From contig JASTWF010000324.1 in assembly GCA_030390025.1 (NCBI GenBank), positions 372,001 to 436,000 of the forward strand: 64,000 nt of DNA, read 5' to 3'. The translations under genes were made by a program, and so were the position numbers. Positions 34,161-45,694 of this stretch are shown piece by piece; the stretch's first letter is position 1, and every line of letters starts with the position of its first letter. The notes beneath the pieces are model-generated. The model was given only the letters and a program-made list of their open reading frames with translations. It did no database searches and had not been told where the DNA came from. Source of the DNA: Squalus acanthias. Taxonomy: Eukaryota.

Positions 34161-35898
34161 GCTACCCATTAAGCCATGGTCGATGCCTAAATTTCGAAAA
34201 GGTATCTTTTTAAATAAAATTAAAATTGCAAAGCCCGTGTTTATTTTACAAAGTTCTGCAAAACGCAACAAATAAAAGGGGGACAAAAGTCATCGCGGGG
34301 TGGGAATTCTGGAACCCCGATCTTTCAGCTTTGCCCCCCTAAAAATGAAGCCGAGAATCTCAATCGGTGGGGGGCTGTTGGGAGTGGCTCCTTCTCTGGC
34401 CTCCCCCACACTTCTCCCCTCGTCTCAGCGGCAGGTCGGAGGCATTCCTGGGCTACCCCGAGAATTCCACCGGCCCAGCCGACAGCAGCCATGCGTTGAG
34501 GGCCTTGGATCTGAAAAAGCAAACGGCAGTCAGTCCCAGAAGGAGCGACTGACCGAGGCCCCAGTCAGCAGATGGCGTGGGATCTTCCTCCTCACTCCGA
34601 GCGGCCTCTTGCTCTTCCTGTCAAAGCAGTACGGCGGAGCTCCGGGTTTCTGCTGCCTGGGTAGAGCTTCCCCACCACGCATCCCATGTGCCGCCTCTTG
34701 GCATTTGGTCGCGAATGTGCCAAATATCTACATTTTTATGGAGTGAATAAAGGAAATAGAAGCTGGATCTTTTACCGTCAACATTTGTTTCCCCTTTCAG
34801 GATTTCAGGGAGTTAAAGTGAAGAAATGTTGGAAATCTCCAGCGCTCTACTTGCGTCCCGCTGCACTCTCAGTGTAATTACTTGCTTTTTGCCCATCAGA
34901 GGCTTTGATCCAGGGCCATTCTGAGCATTTTCTGAAGCTGCTGGTCTGCCCTCGCTAGTTTCCGTGTTTGCCATGCTCACGTTAATGAGGGCTGGTGTAA
35001 CGCCAGCCTGGAATTAGGTCAGTGATTGTTGTTGAGGTGCCTTGCCAGTCCATAATGAAGCTGGCGTGGTTGCTAAACTGAAGCACTGTGAGGTTGCTAA
35101 GGCGATAAAGACTAGTCTAATGCTAGTCTATGGCAAGCCCTAAACTAACAAGGGCTGGTCTATTGCCAGTCTATAAATAGGACTGTGTGGTTGCTAAGGT
35201 AACGAAGGATAATATATGCCAATCTACATTGGAGCCTGTATGATTCCTCAGCTAATTGGGCCTTGTCTAGTGCCAGTCTAAAAATAGTCCTATGTGGTTG
35301 CTGAGGCAAAGAAGCCTGATCTCACACCTCTCTATGCCGAGGCCTGGAAGGTTGCTAAGATGACGAATGTTGATCAAATGCCAGTCTATATTAAGCCCTC
35401 GACCTGCTCCTCGGCTAATGAGGGCTGTTGCGGTATGAGTCTATACTTAGGCCTCTGTGATTCCTCAGATAACAAGGCCCTGGTTTAGTGCCAGGCCTTT
35501 TATAAGAGATCCCTGTGGTTGTTAAGCTGATGATTAGGTCTGAGGGTTTGGAATATTTTTTTGGGGAGGTGGGAGGGAAGGAGATTTGATGCCTGCAGCT
35601 GGTGGATCCCTCGACTTGCAATGAGATTAGTTTAAATTTCCAAATGAGACAAGGGTTTAAGCATGAAGGGAAAATCCACTCTTACCTTATAAACATCCGC
35701 AGCTGCCGCTACATGGAGACCATCAAGGCACGCTGACAAACTTGGTGGGGCAGCTGCCAATATATTTATTGACACATTCAATATCCAGGATGGAGCCAGG
35801 GTTGAAAACAATAGGAGTGGAGACAACGTAAATCTAATCGTACCTTGGGTTTAGAAATCTTGTAGAACGTAGGAGGGAATAAATGGAAGAACCTGTAA

Positions 35899-36102
35899 TT
35901 AAACCGAGGCCCCGTCTGCCCTCTCAGGTGGATGTAAAAGATCCCACGGCACTATTTTGAAGAAGAGCAGGGGAGTTCTCCCCCGTGCCCTAGGCCAATA
36001 TTTATTCCTCAACCAACATCGCTAAACAGATTATCTGGTCAGTATCACATTGCTGTTTGTGGGATCTTGCTGTGCATAAATTGGCTGCTGCTTTTCCTAC
36101 AT
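35899..36102 (+). mobile_element. DeuSINE-type SINE central fragment
   Basis: 'ttaaaccgaggccccgtctgccctctcaggtggatgtaaaagatcccacggcactattt'. Confidence 0.8.
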
Positions 36103-36960
36103 CAGGAGAGGAGGGGACCCGTACCCCAGTGAGAGTCAGCACCTTCAGGAGAGGAGGGGACCCGTACCCCAGTGAGAGTCAGCACCTTCAGGAGAGGAGG
36201 GGACCCGTAATACAGTGAGAGTTAGCGCCTTCAGGAGAGGAGGGGACACGTACCCCAGTGAGAGTTAGCGCCTTCAGGAGAGGAGAGGACCCGTACCCCA
36301 GTGAGAGTCAGCACCTTCAGGAGAGGAGGGGACCCGTACCCCAGTGAGAGTCAGCACCTTCAGGAGAGGAGGGGACCCGTACCCCAGTGAGAGTCAGCAC
36401 CTTCAGGAGAGGAGGGGATCCATACCCCAGTGAGAGTCAGCACCTTCAGGAGAGGAGGGGACCCGTACCCCAGTGAGAGTCAGCACCTTCAGGAGAGGAG
36501 GGGACCCATACCCCAGTGAGAATCAGCACCTTCAGGCGAAGAGGGGACCCGTACCCCAGTGAGAGTCAGTACCTTCAGGAGAGGAGAGGACCCGTACCCC
36601 AGTGAGAGTCAGCACCTTCAGGAGAGGAGGGGACCCGTACCCCAGTGAGAGTCAGCACCTTCAGGAGAGGAGGGGACCCGTACCCCAGTGAGAGTCAGCA
36701 CCCTCAGGAGAGGAGGGGTCCCGTACCCCAGTAAGAGTCAGCACCTTCAGGAGAGGAGGGGACCCGTACCCCAGTGAGAGTCAGCACCTTCAGGAGAAGG
36801 AGAGGAGGGGACCCGTACCTCAGCGAGAGTCAGCACCTTCGGGAGAGGAGGGCACCTGTACCCCAGTGAGAGTCAGCACCTTCAGGAGAAGGAGAGGAGG
36901 GGACCCGTACCCCAGTGAGAGTCAGCACCTTCGGGAGAGGAGGGCACCTGTACCCCAGTA
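36103..36960 (+). repeat. 43-bp minisatellite (~19 units)
   Basis: Unit caggagaggaggggacccgtaccccagtgagagtcagcacctt, with copies at 36103 and 36146. Confidence 0.95.
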
Positions 36961-36964
36961 AGTC

Positions 36965-37205
36965 ATCACCTCCATGCTCCCCTCCAAGTCACACACCAGC
37001 CTAACTTGAACATATATCGGCCATTCCCTCATTGTCGCTGGGTCAATATCCTGGAACTCCCTACCTCACAGCATTGTGGGAGTACCTTCACCACACGGAC
37101 TGCAGCGGTTCAAGAGAAGAAGGCCCACCATCACCTTCTCAAGAGGCAACTAGGGATGGACAATAAATGCCTGCCTTGCCAGTGAAGCTCATATCCCCAA
37201 AATAA
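36965..37205 (+). mobile_element. LINE 3' tail fragment
   Basis: Same family as 46670-47025 ('cctggaactccctacct...ggactgcagcggttcaag...caataaatgc'). Confidence 0.7.
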
Positions 37206-37393
37206 ATAATTAAAAATATTTCTCCCCTCCCCCTCACCTTCTGAGGCCAATTGTGACTTCCATTCTCCCAACCTTTCAACATCCAACCTGAATCCAATTC
37301 CTCCTGAGCCCTGATCCTCTGAGGCCCAATCATATCCTTGCAATGTGTCGCAATGTCATAACACCAAACTTTTTTTGAAAGATTATGATACTA

Positions 37394-39019
37394 AGGCCGC
37401 GATTTCCCCTACCTCGGCGGGTCGGTGGCGGGTCCCAGCCTCGCTGCTGGCTCCATCCCGGCCTCCGACATAACTTTACCCTGATTGGGCTTGTTAAGCC
37501 CGCCCAGTGAGGTTCCTGGCCAATTAAAGGAAGCGGGTCTGATGACTTCATTTGATGATGCATCATCAGCCGGTTTCCTTAAAGGGACCATGCGCAAATT
37601 CACTTTGACATTTGTGCTGTCAGTGTTCTGCAGCATTGAGGTGCTGCAAACATTGACATTCACTGCACAAAGATGCACGGCTGCACCCAGGCTCTCCCAT
37701 GACTCCCTCCATATGGAGGGAGTTACAGCACGCTCCTTACTCACCTTACTCCTTACTCACACCAACTTACCTTGCACTTCCACCCATCCATCTCTATCTA
37801 CATTATCACTTCCCCATCTCACTAGCCACCCCTCACACTCACCCTCAATCCTAGTCCAATCATATCAACTAACAACACACAAGGGTAGGCACTTGGGTGT
37901 TTTAGCCAATGTTCATATGAAGTTTCTGTTAATGTGCTGTCAAACATTGAAATCTTTATTTTCAACACTTTGCATTCTTGGACAGATTTGTGTGCACCTT
38001 TTGGAAGAGGCTTAATGAGTTACAGTGAATGGTGAGACATAACGGTACCCCCCGCAATGGTGGTGAGTGTGAAAGGAATGGCTTGGGCATTGTAGGGATG
38101 CTTTATGTTGTTGGTGTGGGGTGGTGCCAACCTGGCGCATCATGTGGCAGCCAGGGTGTGCAGCATCAAGTGAAATAAATCTGGCCATGGTGAGGCCATC
38201 TCTGGTGCCCCAGGCAGCAATGTGGTTGGGTGCTGATGCCCTGTGTACTCTGCAGCATCAGTTGATTGCGGAGAAGTTTGGTGTGGTTGTTGGTGCTGCT
38301 GGTGTGCCTGCTGCTGCTGGTGTTGGGGCTGATCGTGGTCAGATTCTGAGGACCAAGGTGAGAGAGTATAAAGTGCACCCATGCTGATGGAATAGATGGC
38401 AGCTGAAGTAGAGATGACAGAAGCGATCTGTCAATGGTGGGAGAGGTAATGAGGTCAGACTGGATGGAGACTTGTGTAAAGACTTGCAGCATCCTGAACC
38501 TGTAGTGGAAATGCAGTTTAGAGAAGCTAGTGTTTAAGGGAACATTTCTCAATCAGCTGGGAGCTTTGACTTGACATTAGAAGCTGTCGACTCATCAGCT
38601 GATTCAATGGCCAATGACCTCCCGCCTCAGCATCACAGACAAGGTCTAGGCACAGCGGGAAATCCGTGGGTGACCTGTCAAATCTAAAAAGCTGGGGAAA
38701 AAAAGCATTTTTTTTACAAAGTCAATTCTCCACCCCACACAGATATATTCATTTAATTTTTTAGCAATTCCAATCACACTACAGGCCAAACGTCCTCCAG
38801 CACTCCTGTTCGAAAGCTCTCCTCATTTCCACCTTTGCCCAAGTCATCTTCCTTCTCCTGAATCACATTGATAAGTGGCTGTAAACAAGCCACTAATGAT
38901 TTGAATTGCCTCCACCGTCACTGCCTGTCGGGTCTGCTTGACCCGCTGTCAATCATTTTAAATTTCACAGCTGACCCGCCACCAATCTCATCCGCTGAGT
39001 GCCGGCAAAATCGCAGCCT
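37394..39019. mobile_element. PIF/Harbinger-type DNA transposon deletion derivative
   Basis: TIRs AGGCCGCGATTT ... AAATCGCAGCCT flanked by TA(A)/(T)TA. Contains a plus-strand remnant 'AAPRLSHDSL' resembling the start of Harbinger Myb/SANT proteins, and a convergent minus-strand Q/H-rich remnant. Confidence 0.6.
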
Positions 39020-39219
39020 TAATCTCTGTTTTTAAAAAGATGTATATGAGGATCTATCTTTCCTGTAGCTCTGCCCATCTCCTTGAGGATTCTGATCAGT
39101 TGCAAAGCCCATTAAATGGTTATTGCAGTCCTCCATAACGTTGAATCGAGGTAGAAATCTTCAACACATGGCACCTCTGTATCTCATCTTGAAACGATGT
39201 GTGTCCTCTCCATTAGCAA

Positions 39220-40955
39220 GACCGCCTACTTCCACCTCCGCAACATCACCCATCTCCGCCCCTGCCTCAGCCCATCTGCTGCTGAAACCCTCATCAATGC
39301 CCTTTGCTACTGCTAGACTCGACTATACCAATGCTCTCCTGGCCAGACTCCCAGCTTGCACCCTTCAGAAACTTGAGCGCATCCAAAACTCTGCCGCCCA
39401 CATTCTAACTCACACCAAGTCCCGCTCACCCATCACCCCAGTTGCAAGTTGGATCCAAAACTGGCTCAGAGACAGGAAGCAAAGGGTAATGGTCGAAGGG
39501 TGTTTGTGACTGGAAGGCTGTTTCCAGTGGGGTTCCGCAGGGCTCAGTACTGGGTCCCTTGCTTTTTGTGGTATATATCAATGATTTAGACCTGAATGTA
39601 GGGGTATGATTAAGAAGTTTGCAGATGATACTAAAATTGGCTGTGTGGTTGATAGTGAGGAAGGAAGCTGTAGACTGCAGGAAGATATCAATGGACTGGT
39701 CAGGTGGGCAGAAAAGTGGCAAATGGAATTCAATCTGGAGAAGTGTGAGGTAATGCATTTGGAGAGGGCTAACAAGGAAAGGGAATACACGTTAAATGGT
39801 AGGACACTGAGAAATGTAGAAGAACAAAGGGGCCTTGGAGTGCAGGTCCACAGATCCCTGAAGGTAGCAGGCCAAGTAGATAAGATGGTTAAGAAGGCAT
39901 ACAGAATACTTGCCTTTATTTGCCGAGGCATAGAATACAAGAGCAGGGGGGTTATGCTTCAACTGTATAAAACACTGGTTAGGCCTCAGCTAGAGTACTG
40001 TGTACAGTTCTGGTCACCACATTACAGGAAAGATCTGATTGCACTAGAGAGGGTGCAGAGGAGATTTACGAGGATGTTGCCTGGGCTGGGGAATTTTAGC
40101 TATGAGGAAAGATTGGAGAGGCTGAGGTTGTTTTCTTTGGAACAGAGGAGGTTGAGGGGAGATTTAATTAAGGTGTATAAAATTATGAGGGGTCTAAATA
40201 GAGTGGATAGGAAGGATCTATTTCCCTTAGCAGTGGGGTCAAAAACCAGATTTAAAGTAATTGGTTGGAGGTTTAGAGGGGATTTGAGGGGAAATTTCTT
40301 CACCCAGAGGGTGGTGGGGGTCTGGAACTCACTGCCTGAAAGGGTGGTAGAGGCAGGAACCCTCATCACATTTAAAAAGTGCTTGGATGTGCACTTGGGG
40401 TGCTGTAACCTACAGGGCTACGGACCAAGAGCTGGGATGAGGCTGGAGAGCTCTTTGTTGGCCGGCACGGACACGATGGGCCGAATGGCCTCCTTCCGTG
40501 CTGTAACTTTCTATGATTCTATGATGCTCGCTGACCTACATTGGCTGCCGGTTCAGCAACACCTCAATTTTAAAATTCTCATCCTTGTTTTCAAATCCCT
40601 CCGTGGCCTCGCCCCTCCCTATCTCTGTAACCTCCTCAAACCCTACAGCCCTCCTACAGCCCACTCCTCTAATTCTGGCCTCTTGAACATCCCCAATTTC
40701 ATCGCTCCACCATTGACGGCCGTGCCTTCAGCTGCCTGGGCCCCGAGCTCTGGAATTCCCTCCCTAAACCTCTCCCCCTCTCTCTCCTCCTTTAAGACGC
40801 TCGTTAAAACCTCCCTCTTTGGCCAAGCTTTTGGTCACCTGTCCTAATATCTCCTTATGTGGCTCGATGTCAAACTTTGTTTGATAATCGCTCCTGTGAA
40901 GCACCTTGGGACGTTTTACTATATTAAAGGCGCTATATAAATGCAAGTTGTCGTT
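39220..40955 (+). mobile_element. L2 LINE 3' fragment interrupted by a CR1 insertion
   Basis: 'RLDYTNALLA...IQNSAAHILTHTKSRSPITP' (to 39440) resumes as 'LADLHWLPVQQHLNFKIL' (from ~40524). Tail 'ggcgctatataaatgcaagttgtcgttgttg'. Confidence 0.85.
39441..40523 (+). mobile_element. 5'-truncated CR1 LINE
   Basis: 'WIQNWLRDRKQRV', 'KFADDTKIG' and 'LVRPQLEYCVQFW'. Ends in a ttctatga repeat tail. Confidence 0.92.
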
Positions 40956-41344
40956 GTTGTGTGTGGTGAGTGAGAACACAGAAGACGAGGTTTCAGCTGA
41001 CACAGATACGTCCCTCACAGCTTCCACCAGCCTCATTGTTCGGGTTCTGATAAATCTTTCATCGCAATCCGAAAAGACAAATCTAACATTTATGATATTA
41101 CTCAGCCACAAATTCGGACCTTTTACAAAATTCATGAGCTGGAAGTTATAGAGTCAATCAAAATGTCAAAAGTTGATCGTGGAATGTTGGCCCAGGCCCT
41201 CAGTGAGGATTACATCGAGTCTCCAGCTCCGAGACAGGCCATTCGGCCCCTCCGGTCAATGCTCCACATGAGCCTCCTCCCACCTCACCGGACATTTCCT
41301 GCATCTTCAGCTGTTGTTCTTTTTAAAGTATTAATTAAACAAGG

Positions 41345-41795
41345 TGTCAGCCGTGGCTCAGTGGGCGGCGCTCTCAACTCTGAGTCAGAAGGTTGTGGGT
41401 TCAAGTCCCACTCCAGAGGCTTGAGTACAAAATCCAGGCTGACACTCCCAGTGCAGTGCTGAGGGAGCGCAGCACTGTCAGAGGTGCCGTCTTTCAGATG
41501 AGACGTTAAACCGAGGCCCCGTCTGCCCTCTCAGGGGGAAATAAAAGATCCCACGGCACTATTTCGAAGAAAAGCAGGGAATTCTCCCCAGTGTCTCGTC
41601 CAATCAGTATCACAAAAAACGATTATCTGGTCCTTATCACGTTGCTGTTTGTGGGAGCTTGCTGTGCGCAAATTAGCTGCCGTGTTTCCTACATTACAAC
41701 AGTGACTACACTTCAAAAAGTACTTCATTGGCTGTGAAGCGCTTTGGGACGTCCTGAGGTTGTGAAAGGCGCTATAGAAATGCAAGTCTTTTCTT
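41345..41795 (+). mobile_element. Near full-length tRNA-derived DeuSINE-type SINE
   Basis: A-box 'tggctcagtggg', B-box 'ggttcaagtcc', core 'ggtgccgtctttcagatgagacgttaaaccgagg', and a 3' tail shared with the L2 copies (aggcgctatagaaatgcaagt). Confidence 0.85.
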
Positions 41796-41959
41796 TATTT
41801 TGTGTTGCCCTGGTTGATGAGTGATGACAGCTCAGGATTATCCCAGATTCAATCGCCTGGCTGTGCTGAGTCAGTTGACCCCAATTGGGGCTCAAATTGG
41901 GGACCTGCAACTGGCCTTAGAGCCCCCAACTGTTTAGTGGGAAAAACAATCAAGTGTTG

Positions 41960-42232
41960 TGTGGAGAGACTGGAGAAGCTGGGGTGGATCTCTTTAGAGC
42001 AGAGAAGGTTAAGGGGAGATTTAATAGAGGTGTTCAAAATCATGAAGGGTTTTGATAGAGTAAATGAGGAGAAACTGTTTCCAGTGGCAGGAGGGTCGGT
42101 AACCAGAGGACACAGATTGAAGGTGATTGGAAAAAGATCCAGAGGGAAAATGAGGAGATTTTTTTTATGCAGCGATCTGGAATGCACTGCCTGAAAGGGT
42201 GGAGGAAGCAGATTCAATAGTCTGATTCTATG
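41960..42232 (+). mobile_element. CR1 LINE 3' fragment
   Basis: 'LEQRRLRGDLIEVFKIMKGFDRV...RGHRLK'. Confidence 0.85.
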
Positions 42233-42408
42233 AGTTCAAGCCCCCACCCCTTTCTGGAAAGTTTGTGTTTGGGGACGTCGAATACGGACAGGATTGGACT
42301 CAGTTCTGACGACTTTAATGGTAGAATAGTCTAGCCGTGCTCACCGTCAGACCTCGCACATGCAGAGCAGGCACTTGGCAGAGTTAATTGGGCAGCCAGC
42401 GCGAGTGG

Positions 42409-42437
42409 AACCCTAACCCTAACCCTAACCCTAACCC
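42409..42437 (-). repeat. Short interstitial telomere-like repeat (CCCTAA)4
   Basis: aaccctaaccctaaccctaaccctaaccc. Confidence 0.8.
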
Positions 42438-42654
42438 AACATCAGCACCTCCGAGAGAGGAGGATTGAGCCTTGGGGGGAGGGGGGAAAGAAATCATTGC
42501 AAAACTGGGGTGGGTGGGAGACCGGGGGTAGGGACTTTTCTCCCAAGTCTCCCAGGTTTCAAAACAATCAGAGAAGATCCCTGCTCTCGGAAAGCTTTGT
42601 ATATGCCAGGACCCACCCCCCCCCTGCCACCCCCCCCCCCCACCCCCCCCCACC

Positions 42655-43300
42655 TATTTCCGTAACATCGCCGCACTCCGCCCCTGCCTCAGCTCATCTG
42701 CTCCTGAAACCCTCATCCATGCCTTTGTTACCTCCAGACTTGACTATTCCAACCCACTCCTGGCTGGCCTCCCACATTCCATCCTCCATAAACTTGAGGT
42801 CATCCAAAACTCTGCTGCCCCGTGTCCTAACTCGCACCAAGTCCCGTTCACCCATCACCCCTGTGCTCACTGACCTACATTGGCTCCCGGTCCGGCAACT
42901 TCTCGATTTCAAAATTCTCATCCTTGTTTTCAAATTCCTCCACGGTCTTGCCCCCACCCTATCTCTGTAACCTCCTCCAGCCCCACAACCCTCCGAGATC
43001 TCTGCACTCCTCCAATTTTGGCCTCTTGCGCATCCCTGATTATAATCGCTCCACCATTGACGGCCGTGCCTTCAGCTGCCTGGGCCCCGAGCTCTGGAAT
43101 TCCCTCCCTAAACCTCTCCGCCTCTCTCTCCTCCTTTAAGATGCTCCTTAAAACCTCCCTCTCTGACCAATCACCTGTCCTAATATCTCCTCATGTGGCT
43201 CGGTGTCAAATTTTGTCTGATAATCGCTCCTGTGAAGCACCCTTGGGACGTTTTACTACGTTAAAGGCGCTGTATAAATGCAAGTTGTTGTTCTTGTTGT
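42655..43300 (+). mobile_element. L2 LINE 3' fragment
   Basis: 'RVLTRTKSRSPITPVLTDLHWLPVRQLLDFKILIL' and 'GRAFSCLGPELWNSLP', with a (ttg)n tail. Confidence 0.88.
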
Positions 43301-43304
43301 TGGA

Positions 43305-43625
43305 TAATCAACACCAATCACGAGTGATTATCAATCATCGTTCACAAGGATTTTTCCAACTAAACACATTGGATTATTAACAGCAAAAACAAGGGATTAT
43401 CATCACCAATCAGAAGGGTATATCAGCGTCAATCACACGGTATCAGCAACACCAATTAGAAGGGATTATAAAAATCATTCACACGGGGTCATCAACACCA
43501 ATCGCAAGGGATCATCATCATCAATCCCGAGTGAGTTTAACAAAAATCATAAGGGACTCTAAACAACAATCACAAGGGAATATCAACAACAATAATAAGA
43601 AAATATTAACACCAATAATAAAGAA
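43305..43625 (+). repeat. Degenerate ~25-bp tandem repeat
   Basis: Recurring atcaacaccaatcacaagggatt-like unit. Confidence 0.7.
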
Positions 43626-43656
43626 TCTGGGGAAGAGATAGCAGAGGCATTACTAT

Positions 43657-44192
43657 ATCCTTACCTAAGAAAGGATATACTTGCCATAGTGGGAGTGCAG
43701 CAAAGGTTCACCAGACTGATTCCTGGGATGGCAGGACTGTCGTATGAGGAGAGATTGGGTCGACTAGGCCTGTATTCACTAGAGTTTAGAAGAATGAGAG
43801 GGGATCTCATTGAAACATATAAAATTCTGACAGGGCTAGACAGACTGGATGCAGGGAGGATGTTTCCCCTGGCTGGAGGGTCTAGAACGAGGGTCACAGT
43901 CTCAGGATACGGGGTAGGACATTTAGGACTGAGATGAGGAGAAATTTCTTCACTCAGAGGGTGGTGAACCTGTGGAATTCTCTACCACAGAGGGCTGTGG
44001 AGGCCAAGTCACTGAATATATTTAAGGAGGAGATAGATCGATTTCTCGACACAAAAGGCCTCAAGGGGTATGGGGAGAGAGCAGGAATATGGTATTGAGA
44101 TAGAGGATCAGCCATGATCATATTGAATGGCGGAGCAGGCTTGAAGGGCCGAATGGCCGACTCCTGCTCCTATTTTTCGATGTTTTTTCTAT
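43657..44192 (+). mobile_element. CR1 LINE 3' fragment
   Basis: '[44 protein letters not shown]' plus the 3' UTR hairpin region. Confidence 0.9.
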
Positions 44193-45692
44193 GCTTCTAC
44201 ACATATTTAATAATTTGTTAACAAAAGGTGTAGTGCCAGAGGACTGGTGGATAGCTAACATAATACCTATATTTAAGAAGGGAGATAGAGCCTGTCCAGG
44301 GAATTATAGACCAGTCAGCTTAACATCAGTGGTAGGAAACATAATAGAATCCCTACTAAAGGAGAGAATAGAAGAACATCTAGAAACCAAAAATATAATA
44401 ATGAATAGTCAGCATGGATTTCAAAAGGGAAAGTCTTGCTTGACTAACCTCATTGAATTTTTTGAAGAGGTAACAGAGAGATTAGACAATGGTAATGCAG
44501 TAGATATAATTTATCTAGATTTTCAAAAGGCCTTCGATAAGGTACCCCATAATAGACTGATGAACAAAGTCAGAGAATGCAGAGTCAGGGGACAAGTAGC
44601 AGAATGGATAGCTAGCTGGCTTCAAGACAGGAAGCAGAGAGTAGGAGTAAAGGGTAGCTATTCACAGTGGCAGAAGGTGGGTAGTGGTGTTCCACAAGGA
44701 TCAGTGCTGGGACCACTGTTGCTCACAATTTACATTAACGATTTAGACTTTGGAATCAAAAACACAATTTCTAAATTTGCGGATGACACCAAATTGGAGG
44801 GATAGTCAATACTGAGGAGGACTGCAACAAATTACAGGAGGACATTAATTAACTCGCAGAATGGGCATATAATTGGCAAATGAAATTCAATACAGGTAAA
44901 TGTGAGGTATTACATTTTGGTAGGAAGAATAGGAAGGTCACTTATTACTTGGAGGGTGTGAGTCCAGGTGGGGTAGAGGAACAAAGGGATCTCGGAGTAC
45001 AAATACACAAATCACTAAAAGTTGCGTCACAGGTTAGCAAGGCCATAAAAATAGCAAACCAAGCACTTGGGTTTATTCCTAGAGGTATAGAATTGTAGTT
45101 AATTGTAGGGAAGTTATGTTAAACCTGTATCGAACCTTGGTTAGACCGCACTTGGAGTACTGCGCACAGTTCTGGTCGCCATATTATAAAAAGGGTATAG
45201 AGGCACTGGAGAGGGTGCAGTGAAGATTTACAAGGATGATACCAGAAATGCGAGGGTATACATATCAGGAAAGGATGAACAGGCTGGGACTCTTTTCTCT
45301 TGAAAAAAGAAGGCTGAGGGGTGACCTAATCGAGGTCTTTAAAATTATGAAAGGTTTTGATAAAGTGGATACAGAGAGAGTGTTTCCACTTGTGGGGAAG
45401 AGCATAACTAGAGGCCATCAATATAAGATAGTCACCAAGAAATCCAATAGGGAATTCAGAAGAAACTTCTTTACCCAAAGAGTGGTGAGAATGTGGAACT
45501 CGCTACCACAGGGAGTGGTGGAAGCGAATAGTATAGATGCATTTAAGGGGAGGCTAGACAAACATATAAAAGAAAAGGGAACAGATGGTTATGATGATAG
45601 ATTTAGATGAGGAAAGACGGGAGGAGGCTCGAGTGGAGCATAAACACCGGCATGGACTGGTTGGGCCGAATGGCCTGTTTCTGTGCCGTGTA
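44193..45692 (+). mobile_element. 5'-truncated CR1 LINE RT region, frameshifted
   Basis: 'NYRPVSLTS...[11 protein letters not shown]...[10 protein letters not shown]...FADDTK' through 'WNSLP' and the 3' UTR. Confidence 0.93.
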
Positions 45693-45694
45693 CC

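Noticed and set aside
34295..34850. GC-rich segment as another MITE
   Set aside because: Only a weak terminal inverted match and no clear TSD, so it cannot be supported from sequence alone.
41345..41420. tRNA gene
   Set aside because: The A/B boxes belong to a SINE head that continues into the SINE body and tail. No complete cloverleaf was evident.
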